Assembly (NCBI RefSeq): GCF_027921745.1
Contig: NC_079238.1
Coordinates: forward strand, 310,001 to 374,000
Reading direction: 5' to 3'
Origin: Schizosaccharomyces osmophilus
Lineage: Eukaryota
DNA length: 64,000 nucleotides
Part shown: positions 22,839 to 34,591 of the stretch, in pieces
Layout of the letters: every line of letters begins with the position of its first letter
How positions within the stretch are numbered: position 1 is the first letter of the stretch
Notes under the pieces: model-generated
Seen by the model: the letters and a program-made list of their open reading frames with translations, nothing else
What the model was told of the DNA's origin: nothing
Database searches by the model: none
Made by a program: the position numbers and the translations under genes

Positions 22839-25472
22839 ATGTTTATGCTGAAATCCTTAGGGTACGGATAATGCACAATGACTATGACTTCGCTAACGAA
22901 ATTTAGGAAATACATATGGGGAAATTCCACCTCAAGTGAAATTATGCAGATTCCATATGGTCAATTATATTCTGTTCATAATGATTTTCGAGAGTGCATG
23001 TACGTTTTCGTGAAACTTAAGACAAACGAAGACACGAGACTAATAAGTTGAAAACAGGTTTAAGGATGCCAGTGCTTCCATTCGAAGGACAACTGTGGAA
23101 TTCCAATATCAATTGGTAATTCAAAGAGCGTATGAAGAAGGAGAAGAAATCTTGGAGGGAGATGGATCCGATGAGGTTGAAGATGAGCAAGCATTTCTAC
23201 TGGATGAACGATTGAATCTACGATTTGAAGTGAAAAAGGACGGAATCACGATGATGTGGGATAACCCAGAATTTCAAGATGGAACTTTATATGAATTTAC
23301 GTGCGAAGATGGGTTGCAAGAAGGAGTGGCGTACACATTTGAAATGGTTGCATTGCAATGCATGTATGAACGAAAATACCGTCAACCTCACAGCAAAGCT
23401 ACGATTGCAGATTTGGAACAATTCAGTATCCCTATTAATCGTCTTCAATCGTCTACTGATAGTTTGGAGAACATAATAACAAAATTGGATCTGAAATCCG
23501 AAGACTTGGCTCGTCACAAGTCTCATAAACTTAGCCAGGATGAATTGGATGAACTAGCTGCCCAAGATTTCATAACTTTGAATCCACAAGCATCCGAAGT
23601 GAAAACTCCATGCGGAATCACCGAAAAGAAGCAAAAGGCTCCGAAAGTGGTTGATTTGGAAAAAGAAATCTCAAAAGAAGGGCAAACAGACCTAGGAGCA
23701 GCAGACGAAGATGGAGTCGAGGAAACAGAGGATTCGTTCGAAGGAGAATTAATGGGGTTTGTTCATGCCGAGCTTCATTTATTTGACTCTTTGGAAGAAA
23801 TCTTCGTTCTGCAAACTAAAGATGCAGAAGCATGTATTTATGACCTTGGAAATTGGAACTATTGGTTTACGCTCACGTCGAAGGAGCGAAAATGGATGAA
23901 TCAATCGGTGGGGTCAAACATGAATCCAGTATTTTCTTTTGAGCATCTTTCCTTCATCTGGAATTACTATGATGAAATTGGAACTGCATTTTCATGGTTA
24001 TTACGATTTCCAAATCAGGAAGAAATGGATAAATTCCAGGAAATCCTTATGCGAGCTTTATGGGAAAACTTGAATCAACAAAAGTGGCTCAAAATTAAGG
24101 ATGATGACCGGGAATACGTTCGAGATGCATTTTATGAGGATGATGAGATGCCTGATGCAGAGTCTGAGGAAGACGAAGAAGCTTTGCTGCGCCAATTGCA
24201 ACAGCGAAACTTGGAAGAGGAAAGTGAAAACGAAGTTCGTGATTCTTTTGCAGAGTTTAGTGAAAGTGAGGATAGCGACATTGATGAATCAAGATGGAGA
24301 AAAGAGACAAAGGACGAGAAGAATAGTATTCTGGCAGTGGGATATAAAAATGATCGTTCTTATGTTGCACGAAATAATAGAATCGGTGTATTTAAGCATG
24401 TCGACGATAGCCTAAAATTTGACACATCGATTAATAACTTGTCTAAACCGAACGGTAAACCGTTACAGCCTACCAAGGTTTTGTTGCAAAATCAAGACTC
24501 CTCGATTGTATTTCAGACGAAAGATTCGCCTCATCACTTATACAACTTAGATGTAGAATATGGAAAAGTGGTAGACGAATGGAAAATCCATGACGATGTA
24601 CCATTGGTGGCCGTGGCTCCTGACAATAAATTTGCGCAGATGACTGCAGAAAAGACGTTAGTGGGATTGTCGAATAATTCCATTTTCCGTATTGATCCTC
24701 GAGTAGAAGGAAACAAGTTGGTGGCAGAGGAGTTTAAGCAATATGCCACACGCAATCACTTTCATACAGCGGCCACCACTGAGAAAGGCTACATTGCCGT
24801 TGCAAGTGATAAAGGCGATATCCGATTATTCGATAGGCTTGGTATTAATGCCAAAACAGCTCTCCCTGCCTTGGGCGAACCCATCATTGGTATCGATGTC
24901 ACAGCTGATGGAAATTGGGTTCTCGCTACTTGCAAAACGTATTTGCTGTTGATCGATGCTCGAATCAAAGATGGACGCTACGCAGGCAAATTAGGATTTG
25001 AACGTAGTTTTGGTAAAGACAGCAAGCCAAAGCCAAAGCGTCTTCAGTTAAGGTAAGTCAAAGATTGAAGGGGAAAGAATTTAGTAGGAACTAACATGAG
25101 TCTAGTCCACAACATGTCGCCATGATGCAAGGCGAGTTAAAAGACGGAATATCATTTACAACAGCGAAATTCAATACAGGAATTGATGCTAAAGAAACAA
25201 CAATCATAACGAGTGTTGGTCCGTATTTGATTAGCTGGAATTTAGACCTCGTCAAGCGTGGCAAGTTGGATAAATACAAGCTTCGACGCTACCAAGCCAA
25301 CATTCAAGCCGAGGACTTCCGTTTTGGCACAGACAAAAACATGATTGTTGCTTTGCCGGACGATGTCACCATGATTGACAAGTCTTCTTTACGTCGACCT
25401 ACCCGAGCATCTATCTGTACCCCAACATTCAAAGCACCTTCCCGCAGCGATATCGTGAATGAACCATATTAG
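22839..25472 (+). CDS. vid27: Vid27-family protein (PH-like plus WD40-like), 4 exons
   Basis: Exons 22839-22861, 22907-22999, 23058-25052, 25106-25472, frames consistent. N-terminus MFMLKSLGKYIWG; motifs NAKTALPALGEPIIGIDVTADG, FRFGTDKNMIVALPDDV. Confidence 0.92.
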
Positions 25473-26889
25473 AAAGCAACGAAAAGATAAAGAAAGTAAG
25501 TTTTATGATGAATTCTGAGTTTTGGTTTCTTATAAGCAAGGTTCCCAGTCCAAAAAGGATTATAATGAAGGAAGAGGATACCTGTTGTTAATTTCATAGC
25601 ATTCCTAGCAAGTTTCGATAGACAAATAAGATATGAATGAATATAATATACAAGTGATCTATTCGGTGGTTTCCTCTGTGGGCTTGCAATATTTAATTTA
25701 AGCGTTGAAAACTGTTTATGTTTGTTTCCACTAATGTTATACTACAAACTATTTTTAGTTCTTAAAAACCTCTTTTTTTCTCAAACATATATTATTAGTA
25801 TAATTAATTCACTTCAGGGTTGGGAGAAACTCATTAAAGCTGCTGAGAAAAATTACAAAGTTTTTCAACCAACCAATCCGCTACAGATATTTGATATATA
25901 AATACGAGACAATACGAAAGAAACCGACATATATAATGATCGAAAAAGCTCCCAAAGAAGAAAGCTTACCTTTGGGATCTGCTGGAGGGGAGAAAGAACG
26001 CCGAGAAGCAGCATCATGAAATGAAAACATAGAATTGCAAAGGATCGACCACTGCTGTTGCTTCTGTAAGAACTCTCCGCTGGTTGTAATCATCACAAAC
26101 AACTGCTCTTCAAAACATAATTATTCTTTATATAAAAAATCAAAAAAGCACAACCATTTGGAAAGTAGTCTTTCTTCACACATAACCCAACAATGTTGAA
26201 ATGCTAAAGACAAACAGCCAGAAAAGAAAAAAAAAAACCAAAATCAAGAGATTGAACCAACAAAAAAAATCAAACTCCCTCTTTGAAAAAAGAGGGAGTT
26301 TCTCTTTTGTCGTCGTCGACATTTTAAACATTCAAAAGAGAAAAAAAAAAAAAGAAGAAACCCAGTGAGACAAGACAAAGTTCAATAAATAAAATAAAAT
26401 AAAACCCAATAAATAGTTGAATACAATAACATTTCGTAAACAATTCTCTCCTTTTTTTTCCTTCTTTCACAGAATCCGCGTATGCTCGACGACACGGTTC
26501 GAAAAATTAGCTTGTTGTTGCAAACAGAGGAGAGCAAGCAAATTGGGGGTTTTTTTATCTAGGTTTTTAATAAAAGCCGCAGGTACCGGGAAAGAAACAC
26601 TTCTTGACACATATGCTTCTTTCTTTCCAGTAGTAAGCTTCGTCATAAAAAATACAAAAGGTAATCATAATAATTAAATAATACCAAACATCATCCGAGC
26701 TCCAACTCGGGAGCTTACAATAGTTTTGTGAATAGACTTTTTCTTGGAAAACAAAAAATACAAAAAATAACTCCAAGAGAAAAGTTTTTTATCAAATCCT
26801 GTTGGAAACAAAGGAGACCACAGCTACCAAAGCTGTGGAAATGTCAATCTCCCAACAAGGATTTGGAAAAAGGCACCGAAAGGTGCTTT

Positions 26890-27444
26890 TTAAACAGCCG
26901 ACATGGCAGGACGAGGAGCGACGGCAGGGCCGCTTCCCTTCTTACGACCACCACCACGGCTGTTGTAGGTATGAGTACCAACATCGTGTCTTACGAAGAA
27001 TTGGATAATGAAGGAAACAAGGTAAAGACCAAACAAGAACCAAAGAAAGAAACAAAGAGCACGCAATTCTCTGCAACGCTTGCCGCTGCCTTGGGTGAAA
27101 TGATTGCTGTCCAAAAAGCTTCGGTTTGCACAAGAATGGACACGAATGGCCACGGCAATACAGACACCTGCAGTCAAAGCGAAAATCCAGTTTAAGGCAT
27201 CGTAAGCAGCAATTAAATAAACATTACCAACAAGATTAGGCCAGAAAGCACCGAGGGCGGTAAGGAAGAACGTCAAGATGGAAAAGCAACCGACAAAGAC
27301 ACAAAAGTTGATCTTACCGGGAGAACCACCGTCGCCTTGTTGATCAACGAGGGCAGCAGCCAAAGCCAAACAGATTGTAGCGATGGCTAATTGGAAAATA
27401 CGCATGGGCCATTGGTACCAACCGTATTGTCTGATAGGCGACAT
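26890..27444 (-). CDS. fhn1: MARVEL/Nce102-family eisosome tetraspan protein Fhn1
   Basis: 184 aa, four hydrophobic segments, Nce102-like IRVHSC..N and RCRELRA..FFLWF. Confidence 0.9.
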   Translation of the reverse strand: MSPIRQYGWYQWPMRIFQLAIATICLALAAALVDQQGDGGSPGKINFCVFVGCFSILTFFLTALGAFWPNLVGNVYLIAAYDALNWIFALTAGVCIAVAIRVHSCANRSFLDSNHFTQGSGKRCRELRALCFFLWFLFGLYLVSFIIQFFVRHDVGTHTYNSRGGGRKKGSGPAVAPRPAMSAV

Positions 27445-28635
27445 ATTGAAAACAATAGAATCAAGATCAGACGAGAAAAATTAGAAAATAATTGCACAAG
27501 AGATTGTTTTGTTTTGAATGTAAACAAAAACGTCAGCTGTAGTAGTCTCAAAAGAAGTCGGGACGAGTAGCAAAGAATCAAAGATTAGCAAATCAAAGCA
27601 AACCAACTTGAGTCAAGTCCACACAAAGGATCAGATTTTTTGTTGTTCTTCTTGGGAGTCAACGATCAGCGTACAGAAGCAAAAGGCGGCTGGGACGACC
27701 AACGTTTTAATAACTTCAAAAACCATTTCTAAGTCATTGTGACGCAACAATTTTACTGATCAAATCGTCATGAATTACCTCCATGTATTCCGGATGTTCT
27801 CGAGCAACTTTGATATCATATGTTGGACAAACCTAAATTCTCCAAGAGCCAAACTCTAATGATGTAAACAAAACGCAAGGTTGGTGGAACAGAACCAATG
27901 TTACGTCGAAATAGCGTGTTCTTTCGTGTTGACGAATAAAATACGAACCAGACAATCCGGAAGCGAAACCCAATTCGCAGTCGTTCGCGCCAATCATGCA
28001 AATCCAGACATGTCCTAATTTGCATTCCAAAAAGAATAATATAACAAGTTGGTGCAGGGAAATAAGAATGATTTCGACTCGACAGACATTCTTTTCAAGA
28101 GACATCTCCTTTTTTTCAGTTCGTTTTCCCTCCAAATTTCATCGTTTTTAGTCTGTTTTTTTTGCTGTTTTTGCTGTTTTTGCCGTGCGATCCACGGAAC
28201 CCCTCTTTTTTCTCCCGCTTTTTTCTCTCCTCTCCTCTCGACTCTTTCAGTCATACGAACTTTTTCCCTATGACACACCTAAACCGTGCCGAGATTCCTA
28301 AAGCTTCTCGTTAGGATTATACATCTTCGGTCCTTTAAGCGAAGTTTCCCTCGACCACCTCGAAACAACGAAGTTAGTTGTCCTCGGTGTTGTGATACGA
28401 CCTCGTTATAATAGAGGAGGAAGACACAGTTTTCGAGTAAGGGAGATGTAATCATGCAGTGGAAGAGAGTATGACAGAAATTCGGCCACGAGAGAATGGA
28501 TAATGAAAATAAAATGAGAAAATCAAGCAAAAAAGCATGCAACATGCAAACAGCAGCGCATGAAAGAACCGAACTCTTCCATCACACTGATGCGATCCCT
28601 CGTTCATAGTTGGGTATGTTGTCGCTCCCGCATAT

Positions 28636-28710
28636 TCATCATCATAATCATAATCATAATCATTATCATTATCATTGTCCTTTCCTTTGCATTGCATTGC
28701 ATTGCATTGC
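28636..28710. repeat. Compound microsatellite (ATCATA/ATCATT)n plus (TTGCA)n just after the rlp1 stop
   Basis: Direct reading of the sequence. Confidence 0.85.
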
Positions 28711-28722
28711 CCTTGGACTGCC

Positions 28723-29814
28723 TTATCCCATGAATTTCTTTTGCGAATTCTCGTCCTTGTCCTGCTTGCGATACGTGATTCCTTTGGCATCCAAAAAAAA
28801 TAAACACCCCAATTTCGTCCGCCGCTGTTCAAAGTAAAATCGCGTATGTGCTCGTCGCTCGGTTCGAAACGTTTCCAAAGTCACTGGTAAATGCGCTTTT
28901 GCGTTCAAGCACCAATTCGTACACACCACCCGACAACCTAGCATCTTGGATGCAGTCCTCAACTTGCGTTCTAACTCGAAATAGCGCTTTCCATATCCTC
29001 GCTCCAATCTCACTTGCCAATAAAACGACGACAATCCATCCAAAAATACATACGCCAAATGCATCTCGGTTCTCTTTGTTTCCAGTGATCCAAATCGCTC
29101 TCCATCAGCCGCTCTTTCCTCTTTGGCTTCTCGAAATCCAAGCGGTACAGGCTCTCCTTCTCCATGTTGGTGTCGCTTCCATATCGTTTCAAGTTCGTCT
29201 GCACTGTTTGGAATGCTATCCAAACATCCTTCAAATTCCGTAGGCCATACTATCACACACTGTCGTTGTAATATCTCTTGTGCCCGTTTCCATACAGTGC
29301 ATGTTTTTCTTCCTTTCGTCGTCGTTTCCTCTTCCACAGGCTTTCCCAAACTGTCTTTCCTTTGGGGTTCCAGCACGGTTCCTTCAACGCCTTCGCTCGA
29401 CGATGATGATGACGACGACGAGGAAGGCATCTGCGATAAAAACGAGTCTGCATTCTCTTTACCACATCCACACACCTCCAAATGCTTCTCTTTTTGGATC
29501 AGCTTCTCATGCACCACTTGCACCAATCGCTCTTGGTTCCAGTCCCACTCGCTATTGATCACCAAGATCAATGCCTGCGCTGACTTTACCAAGGCATTTC
29601 CCGCAAGGTGATATAACACTTCCGTCTTTCCTGAACAGCTTATTCCTTCAATCCCGTACACTTCGCCGTGTCGGACTTGCGAAAACATCAACGATTCAAT
29701 TGCATCGTTTTCGCTTTCTACCTTGTCACCGCTTTCACAATCGCTTCGTTGTTCTTGTCGTTTCCACCGTTCCCGTTGGTTTCGGAGCTTCATCACCCAT
29801 TCTGTCGCTTTCAT
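28723..29814 (-). CDS. rlp1: RecA-family Rad51 paralog Rlp1 (XRCC2-like)
   Basis: First ATG 29814 (MKATEWVMKL; track starts at a TTG), 363 aa. Walker A GISCSGKT, Walker B YVFLDGLSSFYW; position matches recalled S. pombe order. Confidence 0.87.
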   Translation of the reverse strand: MKATEWVMKLRNQRERWKRQEQRSDCESGDKVESENDAIESLMFSQVRHGEVYGIEGISCSGKTEVLYHLAGNALVKSAQALILVINSEWDWNQERLVQVVHEKLIQKEKHLEVCGCGKENADSFLSQMPSSSSSSSSSSEGVEGTVLEPQRKDSLGKPVEEETTTKGRKTCTVWKRAQEILQRQCVIVWPTEFEGCLDSIPNSADELETIWKRHQHGEGEPVPLGFREAKEERAADGERFGSLETKRTEMHLAYVFLDGLSSFYWQVRLERGYGKRYFELERKLRTASKMLGCRVVCTNWCLNAKAHLPVTLETFRTERRAHTRFYFEQRRTKLGCLFFLDAKGITYRKQDKDENSQKKFMG

Positions 29815-30471
29815 CGTGATTCCTTGGTATTCACCACCAGCATCGGTTTCTCTGTTTAATTTTCGTTTTTTTATCCTCAAAAACTAGTATCCTTCTTCTT
29901 TCCACTGTTTTTATGCAAAACCGCCTTGGTGTTGTTCTACAACTTCCTAAACAGTTGGTTGTCTCCGGAATCGATACACAACTTTGCAGCCTCACCTGCA
30001 AAGAAAAGTAGATACCCGATAGACTTTCTGGAAGAGAAAACGACACCTTTTGGGCTTTTGTCACTATAGCTTTCTTTTTTTTCTTTTGTTTTTCCAAAAC
30101 TACTCTACATTTATACCGTTTCCCGTTTCTTTAAGAGTAAGTAGCGCTTGCAAGGCTTGCTCTTATATACTTAAAATAGCTAACATCCACCTCGACCATC
30201 TTCGCCAGCCACGCAGAAAATTTTATGAGGCGTTGCATTCTCTTCAACAAACAGGAACTTGCCATTCATGTCCAGTCAAATCGTTTACGCATACATTGAG
30301 TCCATAAACAAATGTTGCACTACATCTTTCATAACATCTTCAATTTTACTTTACACTTGTAATTACTTTATTATACGATAACAAACACAATAAAACAACC
30401 ACATTTATTACCACATGCTCAAGACAAAATTTTATTTCGCACATTAATAATGCAGAAAAGCATCAAGAGCT

Positions 30472-30931
30472 TTAGTTCTTTCTCCTGAAAGAGCAGCCTT
30501 CCATGAGGCGAGCCTTACCACCTGTGGGTTGGCAAAGAACGGAAGCACAAGAGCCGCAGATAACAACGGTTTGAGCGTGGGAGAAAACAGTGGTAATGTT
30601 GAAGCAACCAGGGCACTTGACATCCTAATCATATGTTAGCTATCCGTTTCCCAACTCCGTTGCAAGGAAAAAAACAAAGCAAGCTTCCTAATCGATACCG
30701 CTTTCCAATTCTAGTATTGTACTTGCTCGTATTCCATGTGTGGTAATTGCTTTACTTGCGTTTCTCTTGCTCTTCAAAACATACCATGAAGAAGCTGCGA
30801 GGGCCTTGGACAAGCTGTTTAAGCTTGTGCTTTCTCATCTCAGATTCATGAGTAGGGTTCAAGAGATCAACTGCCAACTATATTTTGTTATTATTCATTC
30901 TTGTGTTCATTTCATGTTAACATACCACCAT
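30472..30931 (-). CDS. rps27: 40S ribosomal protein S27 (eS27), 3 exons; not recovered by ORF track
   Basis: Exons 30931-30926, 30877-30785, 30624-30472 give [83 protein letters not shown]. Confidence 0.97.
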
Positions 30932-31001
30932 CTTGTTAGTGAATTGCTTGAGGTAGATTCCAAAATGCCACTCGCTGCTTTCTTTGTGTCGTCCCAAAAA
31001 G

Positions 31002-31009
31002 CAGTCACG
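31002..31009. promoter_or_regulatory. Homol D-like box of rps27
   Basis: CAGTCACG (consensus CAGTCACA) about 70 nt upstream of the ATG. Confidence 0.65.
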
Positions 31010-31469
31010 CTTTTTTTCCTTTGTCACTTTTTGTGCTTACGCTATACCTCGTTAGAGTAACATCTCAAAAAAATGAAACTCGCTGGAAATGATTGTATTT
31101 AAAAAGTAATAAGAATTGAGTTCGCTTGTACTTAAATATTGATTTCTTTTTCTTTTCACATCCATTCTTCATATTCGAGACATTTTGAAACCCTTCTATT
31201 AACGACTTCTAAAATCTGTACACTCAATTAACCTCCAAACCTCTCCTTGATCAGAGAGATGTCCTTATTTCAAATGCTTCTCATAACTAGTATACTCCTA
31301 ACTGCTAATAACTAGGATGCCTCTTTTTCTCTTTTACAGACGTTGATTTGCTTACAATTCAATAGCTACCATACAAGACCTTTACATTGCTTAAACTACA
31401 AAGTGTAAAGTAGATGATCCGTAGTGCACGCGATTTTATTTAGACAGTAAAAGTTACCGTAAAGATATT

Positions 31470-31758
31470 TTAACGGTACTAAGTCAATGTTAGCACTTGT
31501 TCCCTTTCATTTTTTGTCGATTCTTCAGAAAACATAGAATACATACCTTGTAAAAGCCAATGTCGTTGGCAAACTCACGGAAACTTTGACGAGAGATGTT
31601 CAAACCGTACTTGCGGATCAAACCAAGACGGCGACCAGTGTGAGCACTAAATGAATGTTTAGTATATAACATTCAAAAAATCTGCTTGTAACTTACCATT
31701 GTCTGCTACCCTTACCAAATCTGCGAGGATGAGAGTTCCAAACGTTTTCGTGAGCCAT
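31470..31758 (-). CDS. rps29: 40S ribosomal protein S29 (uS14), 3 exons
   Basis: Exons 31758-31697, 31646-31547, 31478-31470 give [56 protein letters not shown]. Confidence 0.97.
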
Positions 31759-31810
31759 TTTGCGTGTGAAGGAAAGATTGCCGGTAGCAATTCTTCTAAA
31801 AGACACAACA

Positions 31811-31839
31811 TGTGACTGCGAACCCCCTTAGGGTAGGGC
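31811..31839. promoter_or_regulatory. Homol D plus Homol E ribosomal-protein promoter of rps29
   Basis: TGTGACTG 31811-31818 and AGGGTAGGGC 31830-31839. Related boxes: GTGACTG 19740-19746 (rps19), AGGGTAGGGT 46494-46503 (rps12). Confidence 0.85.
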
Positions 31840-32175
31840 TATGTGTTCCACGAAAATACGATTCGGCTCGTTAACAAACAAACACATTTTGGTGCACAAA
31901 GCAAGAAAACGTTTGCTTTTCGCTTGTCTAAAGCGTTACTAATAGAAACCGTCTGAAAATATTGCAATGTATAAGAACCTTGTTTCTAGATACCTATCTA
32001 TAGCAAATTATTAAATAAATAAATCCATCGAAAGCCATTGCCGTTGTAATTATATTTTCACGAGTATTAATTAAGACAAAATTACCAAAAACCCGAAATC
32101 CATCGTAAAATATAGATCGTTCAACAAAGTCAAGACATAAATATGCAAGCCAAGAGGTTCCTGATTGCTTTGAAA

Positions 32176-33742
32176 TCAGGTTTTACCAAATCTTTGCTCC
32201 CAATGTAACAATTCCCGTGTCAAGTTATCCACCTGACGAAGCGTTTCCTTCTCGTCCTCTGAGATTTCTTTCGTCATTTGCGATACCGCAATCGCATTCG
32301 CTGATTGAGATGCCATTTCTACCTGGATATGTCCAATATATTCCAACATTGTCGCAACACGCCTCCGCATTTCAGTGATAGTAATCCTTGGATGCAAGCC
32401 TTTCTGTTTTGTACTTGCCTCTGTAGTCTGTTCCCCTTCTGCATGGTTGGGTGCAGAGCGATGGCCATTTGCCGAAAACCCAGATGATTTCCCTTTTCTA
32501 GAACCAGTCTTCCTATTTTTTGGTCCTCGTTGGCCAGTTATGGATGGAGATAAACTTCCTTTCTCGTGATCCACTGGCGCTTCTCTTTTGGATTTCCGAC
32601 CACCTCCCCGCCCTGCAGTTGAAGATGCTTGTGTAGATTGAACACTCGTAGGAGAAGGCAGAGTCGACTCTGGTTCTTCTTTGACTGGCTCGCTTTCCAA
32701 ATTCTTCTCTTCTTCAACTTTTTCTTCAGTGGTAATGGTATTTATGGGAATGGATTCGTCTTTGTATATTTTTCCGGGCTCCGGTTCCTGTCCTTCTTCA
32801 CGCGAAGTTTCTTCTTGTTCTTTACGTTTCTCTTCTTGTCCACGTCCATGTCCACGTCCCTGTTCTTGTTCTTGTTCTTGATTTTGTTCTTGTTCTTGGT
32901 CCTCTTCTTCCTCTTCTTCTTCTGGTCCATGTCCTTGTTCTTGTTCTAATCCTGGTTCTTGCTCCTTTGGTGTTTCCTTCACTGGCAATGCTTCTTCAGA
33001 AACGGATGCTTGAACAGGTGAAGCCGATTTGGACAACCTAATCCATATTAGCACTCAAATCCTACAAATACCTGTCAAAATCTACCATACCCTCTAGACC
33101 TCCTATTGAGAAGAGATTGTTCTTTTGCAATAGTTAGATATTCTTCGTAATCCAAAGCTGCATCTCGAGAGTTCATCGTAAGACGCTGTTTTGGAATCTG
33201 TCTTCTGACGACTGGTGATGGAGGAGAAGCATCAGAAGATTCTGACTGCTGAGGCTTCTGCTCACCAACAAGACCCATGTATTTGGATTGTTTTGGTCTA
33301 ATTTGGTTAGCTCAATTTGTATGTATGCTCAATGAATACATCCATGCAACGCAAGCCCTGCAGAAACCGAAAATAATTCCCAGGTAATGTATTCATTGTA
33401 ACCTTACCCTCTTCCACGTTGATAAAGCTTGTGAAGCTCTGGCCGGCATAGTTCACAGTAATAGACGTCAGGAACATCAGATTCTTCTTGAAATCCAACG
33501 CAGTGGCCATGCTGCCAGACAGAACATTGATCACATTGAATATATAAGCCTCCATCACTTGAATCATCGTCATTATCCTCAATTCCACAAACGCAACGAG
33601 TAATTTCTGATCCCTTGGAAGATTCATTTTCTTCTTCTGAAATCGAACCATTGGTCGCGTTTACAGAATTTTCATTCTCATGTTTTGAATTGTTTTTTCT
33701 TTCTTTATTGTTCTCTACTTTTTTTGAAGAAGTTCGTGGCAT
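32176..33742 (-). CDS. cti6: PHD-finger histone deacetylase complex subunit Cti6, 3 exons
   Basis: Exons 33742-33408, 33297-33091, 33037-32176. PHD finger TRCVCG..IQCDQCSVWQHGHCVG..YYCELCRP; TMNSRDAA; EMRRRVATMLEYIGHIQVEMA. Confidence 0.92.
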
Positions 33743-33997
33743 TCTAAGGCAAATTTGATTGTTGATTGACCTGGGGTGTATAAAGTAGTAGACAAGTTTA
33801 TGATGCATGGTCAAATGCCAATATCCTGGTCCAGTAGACTATAACTCTTTGAAATATTGCAGAAAATGCTGAAGACTTTTTTATTTTTTTTATGTTTATA
33901 ATTGCCATTTTGCCAGACTTGAATTTGATATGTTTCATGACTTATATAATTCCACAAAGTATTTAGCAGTCATTGAGTAATTCCAGTTCTTCTTTCT

Positions 33998-34591
33998 TCA
34001 AGCTGAATTGATTTTTAAGATTGATCTGTTTCTTACACAGAAAGAAACCCAATCATATTTGCTACCACCTGGTATGTAAACAATCGACAATTGTCGGCTT
34101 ATGCTGTTAAGAAGTTGCTTTGAATAAAAGTCGCTTTCCAGGTTACACTTGTTGTTTGAAACACATAATCTCAAACTGAATGGGCTAAAGCGAAGAGCTT
34201 TTAGGAAACCCTTTAACTCTGTGCGATCAAGTCGTCGTAACAAAACTGCAAACGATTTTCTTTTAAAATAGATAGCGAAAGAGCTAGACCTTGATATATC
34301 TTTTCTACTTTGAAACTGGCCAGTCTACAAAGATTTCAATCCGTTCGTCATTGTTGCTTCGACTTTTAGTTCAATGGCATAAATTAAGCATTCCAGCTAC
34401 TCAAATAGGTATTCAATCCCTTCTTTAGATAGCCATTTCCTTCTTTTCATGTTTTGTTGCATATCTTGAAAACCAAGGATTGAGTCTTCAAACTTTTACC
34501 CTTCCAATTATGCTACAAGCAACCATTCATCATCCAAATCGCTAAGACTTGCTTCTTCTTTTTTGCAACGGTGCTTCCAGTTTTCATAGCT
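33998..34591 (-). pseudogene. Probable decayed protein-coding relic, family unknown
   Basis: One frame of 198 codons with only 4 internal TAA/TAG stops in AT-rich DNA; protein-like fragments also in neighbouring frames. Confidence 0.45.

Noticed and set aside
30444..31060. Track ORFs 30444-30632 and 30740-31060
   Set aside because: Off-frame and antisense overlaps of spliced rps27.
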